Below, in pieces: positions 30,016 through 40,311 of a DNA stretch of 64,000 nt. Both the position numbers and the translations under genes were made by a program. How positions within the stretch are numbered: the stretch's first letter is position 1; each line of letters opens with the position of its first letter. Source of the DNA: Trypanosoma brucei (lineage: Eukaryota); the NCBI GenBank assembly GCA_000002445.1, contig CH464491.1, forward strand, positions 2,464,001 through 2,528,000, written 5' to 3'. The notes under the pieces were generated by a model that saw nothing but the letters and a program-made list of their open reading frames with translations, had not been told where the DNA came from and made no database searches.

Positions 30016-32022
30016 ATGCTCTCCAGTGCGCTGAGGTTTGTAAAACCCGTCAAGCGGATGACGGCAACTGCTGGAAGGATCGTTTTTTCTAGCATCACAA
30101 ACACCCAGAAACGCGTAAGCACATCATCACAAGCCACAACCAAGTCGACTTTGGTTCTCTCTGATGAGGACCGCAAGCTAATGCCTCAGGGGATCGCACA
30201 ACCTACCATAGCGGAGCCCGGTGGAGTTAATGCACAGCAAGAACCAAGGAACGCTTCAGATACCATGGATGCAAGTACCGCTGTAGGGATCGGGAACCTT
30301 CGCAGAGGAAATAGCGGTGCATCCACACATGCTGGTGGTTATGCACCGTGGGAAATCCGCGCGCTCCTTGTTCCACTGTTGCCTGTAGGCAACACCTTTG
30401 TTCACATAAGTAGCGTCATCCACCTTCTTCCTTCGGCAGCACGGAAGGAAATGGAGCGTGAGGGGACACCCCTTCAGTACATAGAGAAATATCTATCGGA
30501 CAGTGTTATTGTCAGGGGGAGCCTGCTCTCGCGCATCACAACAGGTGCAAGCAGTTGTGACAAGGGGAATGGATGTAACAAAGCTTCTGTTGCGCCGCCA
30601 CCGCCTCCCATTTCCGTTGGTCGTGCAAGCGGTCCAGCTTCACAGCAGCAGCAGCAGCAGCAGGGCTTGCCTCCGCGAGGTGGTGCGGGTGCGAAAACAA
30701 CTCTTGAAGTGTTGGATATGTTAATTGAATTCATTCCAACCTTCTTTGTACAACACCAGATGGTAGCCGACCAGTTGCCGTCTGAAATTACAAAGCAGTT
30801 TGCTGACAGTAGTTTTCTTTATTATCTCAAGCGGTTCCGTCACTACATTGACATACGTGCCAGCCACGGGAACACTGAAATCCGGCTCCGCCCCGATTTT
30901 TCACACCCTAAGCGGGGTGCAGCTGATTCTCTCTACACCACTGGACTGAGCAGCAATGACATATTGAGCCAACTCGCCCGCGGTCGAAGGCCACCACGAC
31001 ACTCAGAGGCCAACTTAATTCAATTCATAGTGCCACGAATGCCCATCGAATACACTCCAATAGCTACCGTCCTGCAGGATGTGTCAGATATCGTCTCCCG
31101 CCATCCCTCCTTTGATCCTCGTCTCGGGGTAACGGGTCTCTTCGAGAAATACCCAGAATATTTTCAGATCACTGACTCCAAACTGCGAGTTCGGCCGTTT
31201 CGCAGTGCGCCAAATTCATTGGATGATTTGAACGCTACTACCTCACCCCTACCTGCTATATACGAGAAGGTTAAGCAACTGGTGGATGCACAGGCCGAGG
31301 GAAAGGACTACAGTAAAGAGTCAGAGAAGGCAGCTGCCATTGTGCCGACTGGTAAACTATACGCGCTACTTACTAACGTAGAAAAAACGGAGGTAAAAGC
31401 AAAATGTCGCTCCTTCCCGCGTTTCTTGCGGCTGCACGGCGAGGAGATTGTGGTATCTGTGGACAGCATGAAGGTGTACAAGTTCCGGCCAACGTATGAA
31501 CCCTGCGCAGAAACTCTTATGGATCAGCGGCTTATGATGAGTTCACTCTCCCCTAGTGACCCCGTACTAAAGATACCAGCCACAATGGAGGAAAGCAGTT
31601 CTGCTGACTGGGCCGTACGGGAGCTGTACGACGCGTTGCCGCTTATGCAGTGTGCTGAACTTAGTGAAGTGATGTCGCTCGTTCCGCCCTCCATAAGGGA
31701 TGCACTGCCAAAGGAGCTGGAGAAGCTTGTGGAACATTTGGCATTGTATCCCGACTACTTCGCCACCTGGCCCTACCCCGACGATCCCACTGTGATGGTG
31801 GTTCAGCGAGCAAAGCTGGAGCCGTTGCACTTAAAGAACGAAGACATTGTGAGGATGGTTCTTTCGTTTATTCCCCAGGGCGGTATTGAAGCGCACAAGC
31901 TGATGCGTCGCGTCCCGCTTCCTCTTCAAAGACACTTCTACCGCCACGGGTTGAAGAGGGTGCTTGGCGAACTTAAGGACTACTTTTTGATTGTTGGTGA
32001 TAAGGTTATGCGCGTAGGTTGA
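30016..32022 (+). CDS. Hypothetical protein (668 aa) with a possible mitochondrial presequence and a polyQ tract
   Basis: N-terminus MLSSALRFVKPVKRMTATAGR is basic and amphipathic, like a presequence. (CAG)n-encoded Q8 at 30642-30665. Long uninterrupted ORF in the same orientation as its neighbours. Confidence 0.55.
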   Translation: MLSSALRFVKPVKRMTATAGRIVFSSITNTQKRVSTSSQATTKSTLVLSDEDRKLMPQGIAQPTIAEPGGVNAQQEPRNASDTMDASTAVGIGNLRRGNSGASTHAGGYAPWEIRALLVPLLPVGNTFVHISSVIHLLPSAARKEMEREGTPLQYIEKYLSDSVIVRGSLLSRITTGASSCDKGNGCNKASVAPPPPPISVGRASGPASQQQQQQQGLPPRGGAGAKTTLEVLDMLIEFIPTFFVQHQMVADQLPSEITKQFADSSFLYYLKRFRHYIDIRASHGNTEIRLRPDFSHPKRGAADSLYTTGLSSNDILSQLARGRRPPRHSEANLIQFIVPRMPIEYTPIATVLQDVSDIVSRHPSFDPRLGVTGLFEKYPEYFQITDSKLRVRPFRSAPNSLDDLNATTSPLPAIYEKVKQLVDAQAEGKDYSKESEKAAAIVPTGKLYALLTNVEKTEVKAKCRSFPRFLRLHGEEIVVSVDSMKVYKFRPTYEPCAETLMDQRLMMSSLSPSDPVLKIPATMEESSSADWAVRELYDALPLMQCAELSEVMSLVPPSIRDALPKELEKLVEHLALYPDYFATWPYPDDPTVMVVQRAKLEPLHLKNEDIVRMVLSFIPQGGIEAHKLMRRVPLPLQRHFYRHGLKRVLGELKDYFLIVGDKVMRVG

Positions 32023-32729
32023 AGAACTCTAACATTACGTGAATCCACTGTTGTGATCACGCGAATAAAAACATTGATGATGGTGACACTTGAGCTACCG
32101 GTTAGCATACCGAGCGTGGAATTTCTTGGGTTGTGACTTCCGCATGCACGGAAGGATGGGCGCAGCATCATTGAGTCCAGAACGCGTGGGTTTGCGGCGA
32201 GTGGTTGACGCTAACAGAAATCATCACCGAGGTAACTTTTGAGAAGGATACAGAAGTTTGTTTGTGTGTGTGAAGCGTGGTGTCGCCACTGAGGATGTTT
32301 CTGGTGATACTTTCTGGCCACGAAAGGCTGATCCTTTTTATCGCCTAGTATTTCCATATTATTGATGACCGTTACTCTTCCCTTCACACAGGGTCACACA
32401 CGGCATATTCAATTCTTGAGTATAACAACTCTCACGCTTGCCTTCGTTTTCGTTATCATTCTTGATTATCCTGTGCATAGTACTAGGTAAGTAGAAGTCA
32501 GAATCAATTTCAGTGACTAGAATTGTTCCGTTTCCCACCTGTGGGAAAAGTTACCTATCCGTTAGGTTATATTCGCTTCGTTGTACATATACACAAGCAC
32601 TCGAACATTTTTATTTCGTTTTTGTTTTCAGGATAGTGTCGGTGTTTTGTTTTTACCTTTTCGAAGTTTAGTGGTATACTCTGTTGCTCACACTTTTGCT
32701 CGTGCGCACCTTTGAGTTCGCTTGGCTAA

Positions 32730-35021
32730 ATGCTACAAAAGGAGGTATTGGGCTCAAATGCGAATTCCTCCACGGTTCTTGTAAAGGACACAGAGGCTGG
32801 AGGGGAACTCCGCGTTGTTAAGCGAATCAACGTCACCTCGTGGGCGGAATCCGATGTGGACAAAACACTCGAGACGTACAACGCTATTGCTTCGGCAAAT
32901 ATACCGAATATGGTTAAGTTGTACGTGGCCATGCGGCAGAGCTCCTCCATAAGTGTCGTGAGCTCCTACTGCCTTGGCGAGGAACTGCAGGAGTACCTTG
33001 ACGAGAAAATCTCCTGTCCTTTAGATGAGGTTACTGCCTTGAGGTGGATGCGAAATATAGCGCGGGTCGTGCAACAGGTCCACAACCTTCCCCTCAACAA
33101 CAGGGTGGCATGTTTTCATGGACCTTTAATTGATCGTATTTTTGTTGTGGACGACGGTAAAGAGGTATGCGTAGGTTTGCCACTACCACGCGTCTTGTAC
33201 TTCAAATGGCTTGAGGAGCGTGAGACGTATGGTGTTAAATTGCACCACGAATACCCACCAGAAGTTCTGCGCGGCCGGTATTATTACACCCAAGCAAGCG
33301 ATATTTGGCAGTTAGGACTCGTAGGAATGAAGTTGTTAGCAGCTAACGCCTCATTTGATCGTCGATCAGCCGCCATTCGGACACTTATTGCGTCCATGAT
33401 GAACCCCATAATGAGGAAGCGACCTAACATTGAAGAGGTTAACAGAAAATTGGGGGAAATCACACGGGAACGCAGTATCTCATGCTTGTCGTCTGCGGAT
33501 GTGAATACTCCGACATCGTATGAACGATTTCTCACTCCGCGCTCCGCAGTTATGGAGGAGCCGATCGGAATGACATCGTTGGATGAGTATGACACCTTCA
33601 CCACCGACCTTAGTAAGACGAACTTCGATGAGGTGACCCAAAGCACGCATAAACATGCCTGGCGTAACAGGCTTCAACCAAGTTGGTACAACCAAGCGAT
33701 GAAGCAATTTGAGGAGCTGCAACGGATGAACTCAACCCCGTTAACGTCAAGGTCACGCCCGGCATCACCCACGCCAGCAACTGGTGGAGCTGTATCACCG
33801 CGAGCGAGGAGAGATGCAAAGGCAACAAACGCACGGGACAGGTCGGGTGGAGCTCGGCCATCTCCCCGTCGGCGCGCGTCCTCTTCAACGCTTACCGGAC
33901 CACAAAAAAATCGAACTCTTGAGCGCGTGCCGAGCTCGGCGCGCAGGGACCTTGCGATGCCCAGAATGTTGAATAACATTCCGTCTCAGCGGTCGCGTAA
34001 TGCCCATAGGTTGGAATTGGAAGAAAAAAAGCGAAGGCAACAGGCTCTGGAGCGAGAGGCCCATGCCATGCACCGAGTTCATGAAAATAGGATGCGGGAA
34101 ATCCGTAAGAACCAAGATGAGTCCATGAAACACGATATTCGGAAGTACATCAAGCAGTGGAGAGAGCAGAGCACCGCCGCAAAAGACGATAGCACTTCGT
34201 ATAGCGAACACAATGGTGTGGCAATATTTGTTCCAAAAAATCCACCACCACCGGGGCGGTCACCAAATGTAGACACGAAAGCAAAGCAACAACCACTTAA
34301 TAGTGAAGGGGATACACACAGGAGGGTTTTCTCGGATGAACTCACGCATGCAGCGGCAGGGCCGGTGGTGCATGGAAGCACACCAAGACCCTACAGTGCG
34401 ACACGACACCCGCGGACACCACCATCAGCTACACCGAAGCGCTCAGCATCTATATACCGCATCCGTGGCATTAGCCCCAAGGTGCCGCACTCACGTGCCA
34501 ATCCCTCCGACAGATACAAGGTCACAGAAAGTGCACCCACCACCACTGTGTCGTGTGCAAATCCTTCCAGTAGCAAAAATAGTGGCACGACGGCCTACCA
34601 AACTAGTGAAACCTCGTCCGGTACATATCCGTCAGGAACGAACAGGGCGGGGCAATCAAATTCACGGACAATCTCCGTTCTGGGAGAAGACGCGACTAAA
34701 CCAAGCTGCACAGCTGGTGTGCCAGGCACTAATCGTCTCGCTGCGGAAAGTCTCAGGTGTTCTGCGGGTAGATTGCGGGAAGCACTGGAGAAACTATTAC
34801 CAACCCGCGAGTTGTTCGTTGAGACAATGGAAGTTGTAGATGCCTTCGTGGTGCGCTCAGAGATTGAGCGGTGTAACCCTCGTTTCAACACAGTGTTCAT
34901 GCACACACTTAGGAAGTTAATGAATGATGATGAACTTCTTCTTTCCGCCGTTCCGATGTGTGCGCAGTTAGTTTCGTTGTTGAGTCTGTTGCAAGGAGGC
35001 GAACAGCCTGAGGGGACGTAA
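32730..35021 (+). CDS. Protein-kinase-like protein, predicted pseudokinase
   Basis: Kinase-fold N-terminus with LRVVKRINV (a VAIK-like Lys). The catalytic loop reads CFHGPLIDRIFVVDD instead of HRDLKxxN, and there is no DFG. The C-terminal half is low-complexity, Ser/Pro/Arg-rich. Confidence 0.65.
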   Translation: MLQKEVLGSNANSSTVLVKDTEAGGELRVVKRINVTSWAESDVDKTLETYNAIASANIPNMVKLYVAMRQSSSISVVSSYCLGEELQEYLDEKISCPLDEVTALRWMRNIARVVQQVHNLPLNNRVACFHGPLIDRIFVVDDGKEVCVGLPLPRVLYFKWLEERETYGVKLHHEYPPEVLRGRYYYTQASDIWQLGLVGMKLLAANASFDRRSAAIRTLIASMMNPIMRKRPNIEEVNRKLGEITRERSISCLSSADVNTPTSYERFLTPRSAVMEEPIGMTSLDEYDTFTTDLSKTNFDEVTQSTHKHAWRNRLQPSWYNQAMKQFEELQRMNSTPLTSRSRPASPTPATGGAVSPRARRDAKATNARDRSGGARPSPRRRASSSTLTGPQKNRTLERVPSSARRDLAMPRMLNNIPSQRSRNAHRLELEEKKRRQQALEREAHAMHRVHENRMREIRKNQDESMKHDIRKYIKQWREQSTAAKDDSTSYSEHNGVAIFVPKNPPPPGRSPNVDTKAKQQPLNSEGDTHRRVFSDELTHAAAGPVVHGSTPRPYSATRHPRTPPSATPKRSASIYRIRGISPKVPHSRANPSDRYKVTESAPTTTVSCANPSSSKNSGTTAYQTSETSSGTYPSGTNRAGQSNSRTISVLGEDATKPSCTAGVPGTNRLAAESLRCSAGRLREALEKLLPTRELFVETMEVVDAFVVRSEIERCNPRFNTVFMHTLRKLMNDDELLLSAVPMCAQLVSLLSLLQGGEQPEGT

Positions 35022-37453
35022 AATTTGAGGAAAGAAGGTGGGGAATAAAGAATGGAGGAAGGAAAGGGGGAGATAGGGACGATGTACGCAAGGTGGAGGT
35101 CGCTGCAGTAGTCACTGCGCTCGCTGTTACGAAGACAGCACGGGCAAGTGATTAACGGTCCAACTAACCGCACCCTTGAAGAGGGAAAACGATGGTAAGG
35201 GTTCCAACTTGTTTTGCTGCACTGCATGTACATATATACAAACTTAGAATTGTGCATGTATCTTGCATTCTTCGTATCTTTTTTGTGTACGTGCGCCTTC
35301 ACGTATCCCTCTCTTTTCCGTCTTCTTCTATCGCTCTGCATGTCCTCTCCTTTATTTTCGACGTGCCACGGGCGCTGTCAACCATTGGAAATGAATTCCA
35401 GCATATTATACGCAAACGCAAACATCCATTTCAGTTTGAATGGGCGGATTTTGGAGGGACGTGATCAGTCTTTTTATGTGTCTCGCAGTTCCGTACCCTT
35501 TCTCTCACACATTGCCGTGTTTTTTTTTGTGATTGCCTAACGTCTTTCAAAAAGGTGGAATTACGACACACGCAAAGGTGTGTCAAGGGTGGATATGAAG
35601 TTGAAGCAAGGGAAAGGAATGAGAATAAATGTAAAAGAGGTAACTGAAGCAGGTGGAGGTGTCTGTAGAAAGGGGGCGCACAACAAGTTGAACATGTGGA
35701 GTATCGTGAAGAATCCCAAAAGAAAACAAGAAAAAAAGAGGAAAACATTTCGCCCTTCTCTTCTTTTTATTTCCCCTCTCCTCCCTTGTTTCTCCTTCAT
35801 TTCAATAGGCTATCATAAAGAATCACTCCAGTTTATTTTTCCAGTGTTTCTGCTTCTTTTTCTGGCCCTTCTCTTCTCTTCTCTTCTCTTTTTTGCTTTT
35901 TTTCTTTTTTGTGTGAGCGATTGTTGTTATTATTGTTTTCATTACTTTCACTATCATCATCATTATTGACTCGTCCTTATTGGCGGTAAAGGACACCGTG
36001 AGAGAAGAGGGTGAATATTGTTAAAGTTGACGTAATTATGAGCCCTTCAGGAAGGATATTTCCCACCTTGTAGAATTTCATGGGAGTGTACTGTGCATAT
36101 ATATATATATATATGGATATGAATAAACATATTTATTACCTACGCAGTCCTGTTAGGCAATGTTTTGATTTGCTGCTGCTGTTGGCATTCCCCCTTCCAA
36201 CTCGATCGTGTGCCCGATTTCATCCCTCTAATTCACTTTCCCTTAAGGCTCATCTCACCTGTGACAGAGTGGGCGGCGCATGAAAATATTTTCCATTAAT
36301 TTTATATGGATGAGTTAAATTCTTTTGTTTCTGCATTTTGATTCTAGTTCGGGTGGGTTGGTGCGGTGCCACTTGTTGAAAGTGGGGTGAAGTATTTTTT
36401 TTTTAGGTTCGTAAACTGCGGCAACGACAGCAGTGACTTCATCATGAAAAGAATCCACTAGTGCGATTGTGACTGCGCGGCCCTTGTGACTTCGGGGCTG
36501 GCGGCACATAATTATCTCTACAGTTGTTTCATCGCATTGGTTTCCTTTTTTTTTCCTGGTTGCCATGGTGTTGGTGGTTCCCCGCACACACTTACCTTTT
36601 CGTTCGTTTTCACTTACTTCCTGCCATCGTGATATCGGTACTACATGAAAGAGGAGAGAGGAAATTTGGGGGGAAACTATGCGATTCTATTTTTGTGAAG
36701 AGCTGGCATTCTTCTTTTATATCGTCCCCTGTTCTGCATGCAGCTTTTCGCATATGCATAAGAGTTGAATGGTGCGGCGATGAGTCGAGAAAAGAAGGTT
36801 GGGGAAACAAAATAATCACGTGAAGGTTGGAAGGAAAAGGGAAAGGGCGGTGGAAGAAGAAACCTTAGAAGGAGAGAAGGCGATGGTAAGTGGCTTTCGA
36901 GAAGCGGAAAGCGACCTACCACGGGGGTAGGGAAATATTTTGTCCACTCTCACAGTTTTTTGTCTGCCTTGTGGTTTTTTTTAACTAGTTATTTTTTAAA
37001 AAGTAAATCACTTTTCAAAGTTGATTGCTTTTGCTCCTTCATTTGCATAATTTAGAACGTAAAGCCCCCACGACTGCTTAGAGAGAGTTCCTGTTGGAGC
37101 CACGAGACGGATGGGAAGGACAAGAAGGGTCGAAACCGTTCAGTGAATCGTACATCACACTTTCCATGATTGCATAGCCACGCACTCGTAAATATAAATA
37201 AATATATATATATTTGCGCTTGCATATGCATATGCATAACCCCACTGAAAACACCTACTTGTGTAATTCACACCTCCAATACTTCCTACACCGCTTATAT
37301 TATTTTTTCCAATACTGCACACTTTGTGGCTTCTGTATTTATCACCTACCATTTGACTGTAGTAGTAAAGTACAGCACAGGGAAATAGTAAGGAGCGATA
37401 AGAGGAAAAACAGACGAGAGCACCGGTTTGTTGCAAGGTATAGCATCGATAGT

Positions 37454-37744
37454 ATGGGAGATTCTGAAGCCACTGCGGCTGCTGCTTTAGAGCAATCCAT
37501 GCGAAGTGGCCGGACCGTGGTTTATTATACTCACCCGCAGAAGCTTCCATCCACATCAAGGGGCCTAACCAATATCGTTTCTGGTGATCAGCAGGGCAGT
37601 GGGGCAGACAGTCGTCATTACAAACATGAAGAGGTTGTCGCGGCGGGTGATTTCTCTTTCCTCCCGTTCCCATCGTATTGTGGAAGGACAACCGCCAACA
37701 CGGTTCTCTACAAGCATTTTCTGTCTTTTGACGTCCACACATGA
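37454..37744 (+). CDS. Candidate small ORF (97 aa) inside an otherwise gene-free 3-kb interval
   Basis: ATG at 37454 (MGDSEATAAAALEQ...) is preceded by a pyrimidine-rich tract plus AG (37290-37440). Composition looks coding. No homology recognised. An antisense ORF overlaps it (37155-37742). Confidence 0.25.
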   Translation: MGDSEATAAAALEQSMRSGRTVVYYTHPQKLPSTSRGLTNIVSGDQQGSGADSRHYKHEEVVAAGDFSFLPFPSYCGRTTANTVLYKHFLSFDVHT

Positions 37745-38086
37745 AGTGAATCTCTCAGATGCACGTTAAATCCTTCGCACGCACTTCCGCCGTTTCCACC
37801 TCACCAAATGACATCCCCCTTTGAGTTTGTCTTTCTGCTGTGTGCGCCCTTTTTTTTTTGTTGTCGCGGCAGCGGACACCTCCGAATGGTGGAAGATCCT
37901 CGGTTCCCGTGATGGTTACTAAACACCTTTCTTGCTCTCACCCTCCATTATTTGTCTTTAACTCTTTAGTATTTAGTGAAACTGCTGCAATTATTGTAAA
38001 TTACTGTCCCCCCCCCTTCGCTCACAACTGTTTGCTCGCTGAAATCGCTGCTGTCACTGCTACCCGGTTCGCACCGATAAAAGGGA

Positions 38087-39769
38087 ATGGGAAACAGGTT
38101 TGAAGGGAGTTCTACAATGGATGATGGCTGCGAGTCGCCCCGTGGTACGTGTGAGCGGCTGGTAGAGGTGAGCGTTTATGACAAGCAGTCGAACGAAATG
38201 CGTGTGTTCAGATGTGATTTGCATTTGCTCGAGTCGTCCATGACGTACTTCACACCTATCATCAAATGTTACCTCGACGAAGAAGAGCGCCAAAAGTCGC
38301 GGGAAGAAAAGTCGTTGGATAGGGCGTCATCGACCGGTGCACGCTCCGTGAAAAACAGCAAGACAAAGGCTCACGAGGCCACCAAGCCGTTGAAGCGAAA
38401 GGGTAAAGAAGAGAAGCCCCCCATACCACTCCATGTCAACTGTGACATGAGCACCTTTTCTTGGCTTATGGCCTACGTGGAGGGGAAGCAACGTTCATTT
38501 ACTCCAAAGAATGCCGTGTCGCTAGCGTTGTCGTCAAACTTTTTGCACATGACACAGTTAGTTGAAATGACCCTCCTTTACATCAAGGATCACCTAGTGG
38601 AGGTTATTCTCTCGGGAGTGAACATGGACTGCTTTACTGGGGAACTATTGGCGAGGCTTGCAAGCATGATGTCGGAGGGCGATGTCGCCAGGGCCTTTCT
38701 AAAACTATTTGACTGGCATGCGGAGGACTCACCAAACCGCCGCTTCCTGACAGCCTTAATCCGACACATGTTGTGCGACCGCTTCGGGGAGGGTCGTCCC
38801 AGTAGTCTTCGGTGGTGTGGTCTCTGTGGTGCTCTTTTTGATCAACAGGAACTACAACACATAGAGCGGCGGTATAAAAATGTTAGGCTCCCTGTGTGCC
38901 CCCGCGTGACTAAGAATTCAGTTGGTCACCGGGGTGAGCTTCTCAAAACCCATGTAGCGTCCAAGCAAGAGGCAAATATCAAGTTTCCCCCACTTTCGTG
39001 GCATGAAAAGGAAGTGGAAGCGTGGGCGTGGCGCGTCGTGGGATCGTTGTACTTGTTTGTCTGCCGCCGTTGCAATTGTTGCGTCTCGCTGACGAACACT
39101 ACCTGCCACTCTTGCCCCGGAGGCACCGCCAACTTTAGCCGCGCTGAAGGAGTGAGTAGTGAAGACGCTGACGCACTTCTTGCGTGGTTCGATTTAGCAA
39201 AGAACTTGTACCCAGGAGGACTACGGCCTATGTACTGCCCAAAAGAGGAGGCAGTGCGTGAACCTTTTCTACTTTTAACCCCCAAGGGTGGGTGGTTATA
39301 CGATGATGAGGGCGACTCAAGCGTGCCAGGTGTGTGGAGCACACATCCAGCTGCAGTGGAAGAGTCCGTTGATGCGAAGGGTTATGTGAATATAGGCGTG
39401 ATGAATGGGTTTGAGCGCTGGTTGATGGAAGAGCTCCAACAAATGATGGAGGACTTTGACCAGTCAGGACTCCACGCAAAGCCGTCCGCAAATCAACACG
39501 GCTCATCTCCTGCACAAGCAGGGCCATACTCACCTAACACTACGATGTCATCTCTTTCCCCAGGGCCGCGTAACATAGTCGGAGGAATCCACGGCGAAGG
39601 CGCCCCCGGCCGACCCGGGCTCCGCGGGGCTAAAGGCGTCGGTGATACGCGAATGAGACCTCTCAGTAATGGGACTGACCTGTCAAGGAAGGTGAAAGAG
39701 GGAGCACCACCAAGTGGGAGGCTGCAGAAGCGTGACAAGTTGGACAGCGGTGCGAGACTGCTTTCTTAG
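38087..39769 (+). CDS. Hypothetical protein (560 aa), N-myristoylation motif, possible BTB-like N-terminal region
   Basis: Starts MGNRFEGSS. RVFRCDLHLLESSMTYFTPIIKCY resembles a BTB/POZ-like start. Contains a CxxC...CxxC cluster (CRRCNCC...CHSCPGG). Gly/Pro-rich C-terminus. Confidence 0.55.
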   Translation: MGNRFEGSSTMDDGCESPRGTCERLVEVSVYDKQSNEMRVFRCDLHLLESSMTYFTPIIKCYLDEEERQKSREEKSLDRASSTGARSVKNSKTKAHEATKPLKRKGKEEKPPIPLHVNCDMSTFSWLMAYVEGKQRSFTPKNAVSLALSSNFLHMTQLVEMTLLYIKDHLVEVILSGVNMDCFTGELLARLASMMSEGDVARAFLKLFDWHAEDSPNRRFLTALIRHMLCDRFGEGRPSSLRWCGLCGALFDQQELQHIERRYKNVRLPVCPRVTKNSVGHRGELLKTHVASKQEANIKFPPLSWHEKEVEAWAWRVVGSLYLFVCRRCNCCVSLTNTTCHSCPGGTANFSRAEGVSSEDADALLAWFDLAKNLYPGGLRPMYCPKEEAVREPFLLLTPKGGWLYDDEGDSSVPGVWSTHPAAVEESVDAKGYVNIGVMNGFERWLMEELQQMMEDFDQSGLHAKPSANQHGSSPAQAGPYSPNTTMSSLSPGPRNIVGGIHGEGAPGRPGLRGAKGVGDTRMRPLSNGTDLSRKVKEGAPPSGRLQKRDKLDSGARLLS

Positions 39770-40252
39770 AGCGATCAGTGCGTAAAAACTTTGAGTATGA
39801 TGGTTGCACCAGGTATATCCTCTCAGTAACCTCCATAACCAACTTTGACCTCCGTGATCGCTGACCTGGTGAAGCTGACATCGCGCGATTTCGGTGGCCA
39901 GGAAAGAAGGAAGTGGGTAGATATATAACGGATAAGGGTGCGGCTTCAAGAGAAGAAAAGTATACCTGGTTGCACCCGGTGGGACTTTGTGCCTTCTTAG
40001 CTCCGGTGCGCTGACGGTTGTACGTTGGCTCTATACGTAGCGCATATGCTGCCGTACTCGGCGAGATTTCGAGCATGTAGTTTGATCATTTGTCTAGTAC
40101 GTTCACAGGTCTCCGGCAATGTTTTTGTTTTTCTTTTTACTTGCAAGTGGGTTGTGCTTGTGCTCAATACCCAGCGGGCAATAGTCTTCTGGGCTCACTC
40201 GGCTTACGCCACTGTGTTGGGTCGGCATGCACCTATGTCCCGATGTTGGTTG

Positions 40253-40311
40253 CATTTTTCTCTTATTCCCTTCCCCCACTGTCTTATTTTACACGTGTAT
40301 TTGTTGCAAAG
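40253..40311 (+). promoter_or_regulatory. Polypyrimidine tract plus AG immediately upstream of the preferred PUS7 start codon
   Basis: tttttctcttattcccttcccccactgtcttattttacacgtgtatttgttgcaaag|ATG. Confidence 0.5.
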
